Made by a program: the position numbers and the translations under genes. A stretch of 64,000 bases of DNA from contig NC_134030.1 of the NCBI RefSeq assembly GCF_964204645.1, positions 6,366,778 through 6,430,777 on the forward strand, written 5' to 3'. Origin of the DNA: Tubulanus polymorphus. Taxonomy: Eukaryota > Animalia > Nemertea. A model generated the notes under the pieces. The model was not told the origin of the DNA. It worked only from the letters and a program-made list of their open reading frames with translations, and searched no databases. Shown piece after piece: positions 56,542 through 64,000 of this stretch (positions are counted from its first letter, which is position 1; each line of letters opens with the position of its first letter).

Positions 56542-56714
56542 TACGGAAGCGTCCTGGGGACAAGAGATAGAAAATGATACATTTTTGGAATTAAATCTGA
56601 CAAAATATCCCGGAATAAAATCGCCAAAATTTTGTTGTTGATCGCTTGGATATCATGTCAGAATTGATTCCGCAAACAGTTTTTTAAAACCCATGTCCCC
56701 AGGGCGTTTCCGTA
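56542..56714. mobile_element. MITE with about 21-bp TIRs (TA at both ends; possibly Tc1/mariner-type)
   Basis: TACGGAAGCGTCCTGGGGACA (56542-56562) versus TGTCCCCAGGGCGTTTCCGTA (56694-56714) is a 19/21 inverted match around an AT-rich interior. Confidence 0.65.
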
Positions 56715-58656
56715 AAAAGGTATAGCGTACAGACTATATTTACTTAAATTGTAATTTTTGTCTATCGCCGACAATGACGTCACTACTGTTCCGCATTAGC
56801 CGACGGCGGCGCAAACAATCAATTCACTCCAATATGAAAACTGCAAAATGAGACGGCGATGAACAGCATGAACAAAGCGTGTTGTGTAACAACAATCCGT
56901 AAATCAATTGAAACTTAATTAAAACCACGTATAACGCAATCCGTCGATTGCCGATTTTGCGAATCATCGCGTCATGAAATATTCAGGATTCGAATCGACT
57001 TTGTTTTCAACTCGTGCAACCACCTCAGCGCCAATTATGATGAAAACACGTCGTACTCAACGATTTAAAGGGGGCCCTGTTCGTTTTTAATTAACGCAAT
57101 AAATGAATTATTCTGTCACGGGGAAAATTGACACAAAATTTGAAACCAAATAAAAGCAGAGGTTAGAATGACCTGACACTTTATGATTTATTTGTGTTCC
57201 CTTACGCAGTGTACAGTATATACAGCTAACCATTGATGAAACACTACGCCCAAGTTTTGACGAAGAAATCGAAAATCCCGCACTATAACATAACAAGAAA
57301 GATGAAGTCCGAAAAGTTTCCTTAAAGCTAACAATTCAACGATTCGACGTTCCAACTAAATCTACAGTAGTCTTCTGCGGGAATACTGACGAATTTCTAG
57401 TTTATACAGCTCGTTCGCTCGAGAGCATGTCTCGGGTTCCAGGAAACCGAATTTGAGAACACCGGACCAGACGAATCTCCCTCGAGATAATCAGATATCT
57501 GAGACCCACGATGCAAGTGTCAGTAATCTTCTGTATGGATGGACAGACCTTGCAGCGTCACCTCGTTCGACGACCCAAGTAGAGATGATCCTACTTTTCC
57601 TCAAATCCGCTATTCATTCTTGACATGTCTCGAAATGGCAATAACCTCAGCTTAGAACCTTCGGCACACTTTACTGCATCGCACAAGGATATATCAACGT
57701 TAATCAGTATTGGTAAACAAATCCATTGAGTGGACAATCTTACCAATTCTATGCGATTAGTAGCCATCTCATTAGATGTTTACTTTGATTAAACTTTTCA
57801 CCCTGGAGGGAAAAGAGCTTGAAGGCGGCTGGCGTAAATGAGCTTTGAAAAGCCGGATTCGGCTATTGATTGTGAGGACGATTTCAATTGGCCAGTAATT
57901 GTTTGGATGTTCGACTGATGGACAGAACCCAATAGACCGGGAGATTTAACTTATTGATCGATGCTGATATTCACTTTTAGTTTTGCGATACGAGCATAAT
58001 TATCCTCTACAGCATTAATTTGATTCAATATTTGGCGAATTTAACCAGAATATTGGAATCTATTTGAAGTGACAACTTTCTAGCTCGTTTATTCTTGGCC
58101 CTAATTGACTATGAGAGTTTGTTGAAGGTATTCAGAACTAACAAATCTAAGAAACAGGCCGTAATTGGTTTGTTTAATCTAAGGAGTAATTTGTTTGTTT
58201 AAGAAGCACCTCTGAAAACTGAAGTGGTTTTAGATTACGAAATTGCATGACGATATACGCTACTGCTTTGCTTTCAAAGAATCATCTTACTGTATAACTA
58301 CACGTCTAGACGTTTGAACTATCGACACTATATTTTTTTCTCTTTCGTTTTACAATATTGTTTTTTTTTTCAACCGACGCGAAGGAAACCTATCCGTCTA
58401 TCTCTTACGCTAACGTGACTAGAGGTATCGCTATCACTGCGTGCTCGAGCTCGAGTTTTCGAGAAAGTAATTACGGTTTAAACATTTTTATCCGAAGTAA
58501 TTCGACGAGGGCTAAACAATTGTGCAGCACTCGTAATTTCCGTTTCATGTCGTGTTCACTAGCATTCATATAGGATCACTCAATGCATCTCATGAAGCTC
58601 CCCCTCTCCAACTCTCTCTAACACGTATAAACAGATTACCGTAATTCAGTGTGAAG

Positions 58657-59019
58657 CAATTCAATTCAATTAATTCTTTATTGTTCCGTAACGTAGTTAA
58701 ACATTATGAGATTATGTACAATAAAGACAGGGGGATAAAATAAAACATAAACAAGGGATAAAATAAAACATAAACAATAACAATAACAGTTTAATATACA
58801 TATACACACGATGTAAACAGGTTTTCAGTAAGCGAATCAGTGATGGTTTCATTAATTATTAATGCCGTTAATGGATACTGCGACGTAACACTACAGATTT
58901 CAGATAGAGTTAAACCCTTTCTCAATGTATTTCCCTAAATATTTGGCCATTTCTAAAGAGGACATTATAATTACAAATTTGTCTTTATCATTTACATTCG
59001 ACATGTTAGGATATGTATT
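58657..59019 (-). mobile_element. 5'-truncated non-LTR retrotransposon 3' end (CR1/L2/Crack-group-like)
   Basis: Minus frame 59019-58900 reads NTYPNMSNVNDKDKFVIIMSSLEMAKYLGKYIEKGFNSI*, which resembles the ORF2 C-terminus of this group as I recall it. It is followed by a 3'UTR, AATAAA and an (AATTG)n tandem tail. Confidence 0.6.
58732..58777. repeat. 23-bp perfect tandem duplication in the LINE 3'UTR
   Basis: GGGATAAAATAAAACATAAACAA occurs twice in tandem. Confidence 0.9.
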
Positions 59020-59191
59020 TCAGTTGATAAGACGAGTGGTGGGTCGTAGACTTATTTTCACGCATAATTACGTCATCAGTATACGTCAAGTTTGATACGA
59101 CATAGAATCAAATATTTTATACTCAGATGTCCGTTGATACGTTAAACTTGTTGAATTCTTAGAATTCTTTGTAGAGGAGCCGCGTTAACCC

Positions 59192-59300
59192 GGAGTAGAT
59201 AGAATAACTACAACGAGACCTATAGTACTTTATACAAGTTTATTTGACGCACGAGCTTTCGAATAATAGCTTCATCAGGTGAATGAGTAAATTCAATGGA
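59192..59300 (-). mobile_element. Penelope-like pseudo-LTR fragment (copy C, different subfamily)
   Basis: The hammerhead motif is followed by AAATAAA and ends in TATTCTATCTAC, similar to the CTATTCTAC terminus of copies A and B. Confidence 0.5.
59250..59281 (-). ncRNA. Minimal type I hammerhead ribozyme motif with intact core
   Basis: Minus strand reads CAC-CUGAUGA-agcuauuauuc-GAAA-GC-UC-GUG. Stem I is CAC/GUG, the AGCU across stem III is palindromic and stem II is weakened. Confidence 0.6.
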
Positions 59301-62300
59301 AAAACAACAGTATTTATAGGCAGAGTGACACTTATAATTATAGATTTAAGATTTTGGATTAGAAAAACATAATTATTTTGTTGAATTCTTCAAAATGATT
59401 TTATTTCAAATCGTCAAAAGGTTAATCCCGAAGTGAATGTTGTTGAAAGCGGTATAACAGAGAAATGATTTTTCTGGATGTTATTTGAATATCTAATTTG
59501 AAACTTTTGGTCATATACGCGGAGACGCCCAAGCGCAGAACAGAAACCTCGCTTTATGACTTTATCTCGGTGTCCGGCGTGCTTGGTCTGAATTGATTAT
59601 TGTGTGTGTTTTGCTGTAAAAGTCGTTACTATGCGCGCTATTTGTTGCGTTGTTTATATCGCGATGATAGAACGTCATCTATCAATGCGCCATTCCTGAA
59701 CAAACGATTCGCTCAAATCGCCAGGGACTTATTTCCAAACGCGCGAGGGACTCTTTGGACAATTAGTCACAGTCTCCGATCACTCTTTAATATCACCAGC
59801 TAGCCACAGGGATATAGCTCTTATCTGTTCGCCAGCGTTATTTGTTGCGGATCAATGGAATTTTACGCTGGCGACACACATTTGTCAATGCGTTGGTTTT
59901 TTTCTTCGAGGTGTCTCTTCTTCGTATCTTCGCATTTCATGGCAGTTTCTGACGGAATCAAATATATCGTGCACTCCCGAACGAATTCGATCGAACACCT
60001 TCTCTTCAAAGTATTCGGTGTATAGAGGTGTTAATATAGCTCGCGTTATGGGAGGCAATAAAATTTGTTTCTAGAATGAAATATAATATAATATGTATAT
60101 AGCATTATATCATTACGTCTTAAACATGCAACAGGTTATCCTGGGGTCATTTGGTTTGGGAGTAGTTCTCAGACGGGCAGTGAGCTACATTCAAAAGTAA
60201 TAGTATACACCGCAAACGAAGTTGTATTCAGGGATGGGTGTGATCAACAGTTCAAATCGATGGCCTTATCGTCATCATTAGCCATCATCATACTGCCGAC
60301 CATCGACTGATTGCGCGGCGAATGACCGATTGACCGGTGTCGGTCGTAGCAGGGAAGTCAAGAAAACAACACGTTAATCAACACCAAAACAAGTCAAATG
60401 CGATTCGTATTTCCATCGTTAAGTACGCGATTAACATCACCGATGGTCGGTCGTCCGAATCATATTAAAACACGTCTACAAGACGTGAAACTAATCTGCG
60501 GTTAGTCGTTACCGGAGAGGTCATTTGTGGTTCGCACACGTAAGACTGATAAACCACGACTGTCGCGGATATACCGTAGATATCAGTCTTTATCGCATGC
60601 GATTATAATTTCAACAGCAGCAATTTCATCGTTGCATTAGCTTTATTGCGAATGAATTTCGTAGCGGTTTTTGAAAGTGAACGACACAGACGGCGCGGAG
60701 TACTCGTTGACTGCTGTGTTTCGAGTATTACGCGTGGTTTGTTTCGTCATCAGCCGATGAGAGATATAAACTTGAAGATTTTTAACTAACGTCAATCACG
60801 AACGACAGGAGAATTTATTGCTCATTCATTCGGCACTTGAACTGTCGTAAAGGTTTACTATTTAATGTCAACAGTGCGTGGATGTGGGTATCACAAAGTT
60901 ATCGGAGTTATCCTCGCTTCATCGATAGATAGACATTTAGAACCCGTACAAACCTATACAAGAGGTCACAAGCCCGTGCATACCCATCAATCATGTCCGC
61001 TTAGTAGAATTTAATCTCAGTGAAAAACAAGATTTCATTCTAAATAATAGTCACACTGAAATAGTGATCTACGCTTAACCATACCCCCTCCCCCCATACA
61101 GCTTGTAACATCAAGCTATTTGTCACAAAGATAAAAAAAGGTTATTTCCTAGGTTAAAATACAATATCTTATTTCTGCCATCACGATTCAAATTCCTTCG
61201 AAGGAGGAAACAACCGATCGTTCTGAACTCCACTGACCTTATCGATTCATTGGGAAAGGTATTGTTCATCTCCCCAAATCATCCCCGGGGACCGATGAAT
61301 TGCGAATCCAATCGAGTCTTGTTATTAGAAGATTTCTTAGAAGGAGATTGAAGTTATTGAGATGAACCGCGCTGCAACTCCATGATTCAACTAATCGTTC
61401 AATTCTAAGAAATGTTTACGTGACAAAATAAGTCATTTTTCCGTGATCAACTTCCTAAGTGTACAATATGATATATCCTTTGAGCCCTTGATTTTTTTTT
61501 TTACTAAAATTCAAACAACACAGTTACAAGATACATTCGTCCGATGGAAATGAAAAACAAATTGAACCTGGTAAGGAAAATGAAAAACACCACGTCACCT
61601 ATTCACGCCTTACAACACAACATTGCAAAAACAACCTTGGTTCGGATTATGCTCGATTTTAGACATTGATTCGCAACAGCGTTCGGTTACATGAAAAGGC
61701 GTCGGTTTTTGTCTAAGCCAACCGGATTATAAACCAGTCTGCTGGAATCAATCCGGTATCGTCTGTGGTTTGTCGGCGGCGCGCGTTTCTAATCACATTA
61801 AAAACCGGAATCGTCGAGAATAAATCGGACTCGTAGAACTGCCGTTAACTGCGCGTATTTTACAGAAATTAGCTATTAATTATCATTCATAAAATAATTC
61901 AATCAATCTGAACTACCGATTAGCAACGCCACGCGATCATCATCCAGAAATCAGTTCTCACCAAGCTTTCAGATATTCATCGTCTGCGCTTTTCATTTCT
62001 CCCCTATCATAAACGGACTTAACACAAGACTAACCAAAATTCAGTTTAAAACCAATCGTTTTTCCACGTATGGACAATAAACGTCGGCGTTCGCGTTTAT
62101 ATGTCGTGTAACTGTTATCGTGTTGAGCAAGAACACAAAATACAGGCTATTCAAAAGATGCGACAGGAGAGAACAGAGCCAAGAAACTAAGGGTCTAGGG
62201 AGAAATCTGTTGTATATGAAGTAGTTAAAACATATACATATCTCGAATTGAAATATCAGTTCTTTTCTACGTTAGTTTTGACCTCTATATCGATTTCCAG

Positions 62301-62476
62301 AACACGTGTACATTGATCTATGATCATATAGAGTAATTGTCATAATGACGCAATGTTGAATTATTGACGACCATAAATATATATTCCAATATTGTAATCC
62401 TCGGAAAAGACTAATTTCCGTAACACGACACCCACTTGAAAAATTATTTCCCACAAAAAGTTCTACTTCCGATGAA

Positions 62477-62594
62477 TGACACTCGCGACATGGTAATTTA
62501 GAAATCATTTCCTGCTGGTATACTTATATACGTATGAATGTATTGACGAAATAATTATCTTTCCGAAATTGACACTCGCGACATGGTAATTTAG
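62477..62594. repeat. 25-bp direct repeat at 93-bp spacing
   Basis: TGACACTCGCGACATGGTAATTTAG occurs at 62477-62501 and 62570-62594, each preceded by TTCCGA. Confidence 0.85.
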
Positions 62595-64000
62595 GCCCAG
62601 TTGAGAAAGGATTTCCATAACGAAAGGATGTCGCCATGCCCTTTATATATAAGGATCACTCAAGAAAGAAACGTCGATGTCCAAATGATTACAGTACTCT
62701 ACATATAGCCTGCAGCAAGAGGTGAAATACATTTACGTATAGGATTGTAATTTCTTATCAACTATAAAATGGAATCTATCAGTTATATATTGACTGAGCG
62801 GGAATGCTGTATGCAGCAATGTTATGACTATCAATTTCGCGAGTTGGTGGTTCTAAATCAGGAACTATCTGCGAAGGTGGAGACAAAAAACGAACATACT
62901 GTAGGAAGTTCCTTTATTTCTGATCCAAATGACGTCTGAAAGAATTAAAGATTGATTATATTTTTCTTTCTATGATAATGTTTCGATTCGTATTTCCTGG
63001 TCGCTGTATGTAGCGCCTGGTGGGGTGACGTTTTGACGTTTGGGCTAATCCCACGCTAACAGATGAAACGATGTAGTAATGGAGTAGTGAAAACAAAACG
63101 TGTAATTCCCGTGGGAAATTTGCAAGATGCGAATTGCGGCGTCACATCGGTGAATCGAAAAATCCCAGTTTTGCAGGAACATTCTGAATGGACTCTAACC
63201 CATCTTGTAACGTTCAGCATCATTCGGCCATTTTCGACGGCTTGATAAGTTCAATGCCGACCAATCCGCTTATATAAACGATTCATTAACCATTTGATCA
63301 TTTATGTATTATATATCGTATGATATTTAAAAAACGATCATCAATAGCGGCGTTTTTGTAGTGTCGAGTGTACGTTCAGATCATACAGGACTGTAGCCTA
63401 CGTGCTAAACCACCAGTCTTATGAAAACAAGTCAATTTATGAAACGTCATAGACAGACGTCGACCGTCAAATCGATTCGACCCCTGCACAGCGATCTATC
63501 ATACAGAGGGCCGGTCATGGCGTCGCCCCCTGATGAGTTGCTTTTAGTTCAGTCAAAAACTCGAAGCCGTCTAATTTCGAACGCCGTCATTTGCACCGGT
63601 TTTCCGTGCGCATTGTTTTGACGGCTTCCGGCCGCGCGACCGATTGATCGAGAAGCGCGCAGAAAATGAGATCTGTCTCAGCTCACGAGCTGATAGTTCA
63701 CCAGAGGATGAAAGTTTTTGAAATACTTCGTTACGGATCTTTCTACTCCCCGATCACAAGTTCTCTCAAAAAGTAGTCAGTCGGAAGTAGTCATTGGTGC
63801 AGATGGTGGCGCTATTCGTATCCGGAACAATAGCCCAGTAGGAGAAGGCTATTCGGTTATTTCCCGTGGGTTGGAAAACAAACATTAAAAGACCGCGGCA
63901 CCGTCATGCTCAATACATCGTTCATATACTGCTCGAATTCCCCCGTGTATTTTCGTGTTGTAAATATGATAACTGTCAGCGTCCTCCGTCATCCTCTGAG

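Noticed and set aside
59044-59088. Minus-strand CUGAUGA...GAAA...GUC
   Set aside because: Stems I-III do not pair in the required register.
63526-63572. CTGATGAG...CTCGAAG hammerhead-like motif
   Set aside because: It has GAAG instead of GAAA, and the stem II register is incompatible.

Overview
This is AT-rich eukaryotic DNA, most likely intronic or intergenic sequence from an invertebrate animal. That assignment is inferred from the lack of long ORFs, the microsatellites, GT-AG splice-like signals, frequent CpG and many decayed transposon relics. I recognise no complete protein-coding gene, rRNA, tRNA or CRISPR array, and almost all ORFs in the supplied track look spurious. The best-supported elements are: (1) Penelope-like retroelement (PLE) relics carrying minimal type I hammerhead-ribozyme motifs at about 13.8, 21.7-22.2 and 59.2 kb, two of them with inverted arms; (2) a 5'-truncated 3' end of a CR1/L2-group LINE at 58.66-59.02 kb; (3) several foldback/MITE-like elements, including a 35-bp hairpin with a 7-bp target-site duplication; (4) a roughly 190-bp (TA)n tract and a (CTG/CAG)n tract; (5) a probable minus-strand promoter and first exon near 50.9-51.4 kb, with candidate stop-containing exons downstream. 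Two long hairpins (12701-12815 and 32388-32439) are candidate structured or small RNAs. All calls were made by eye with no database search. I found no convincing wholly new system; the hammerhead-bearing inverted PLE relics are the most interesting signal.
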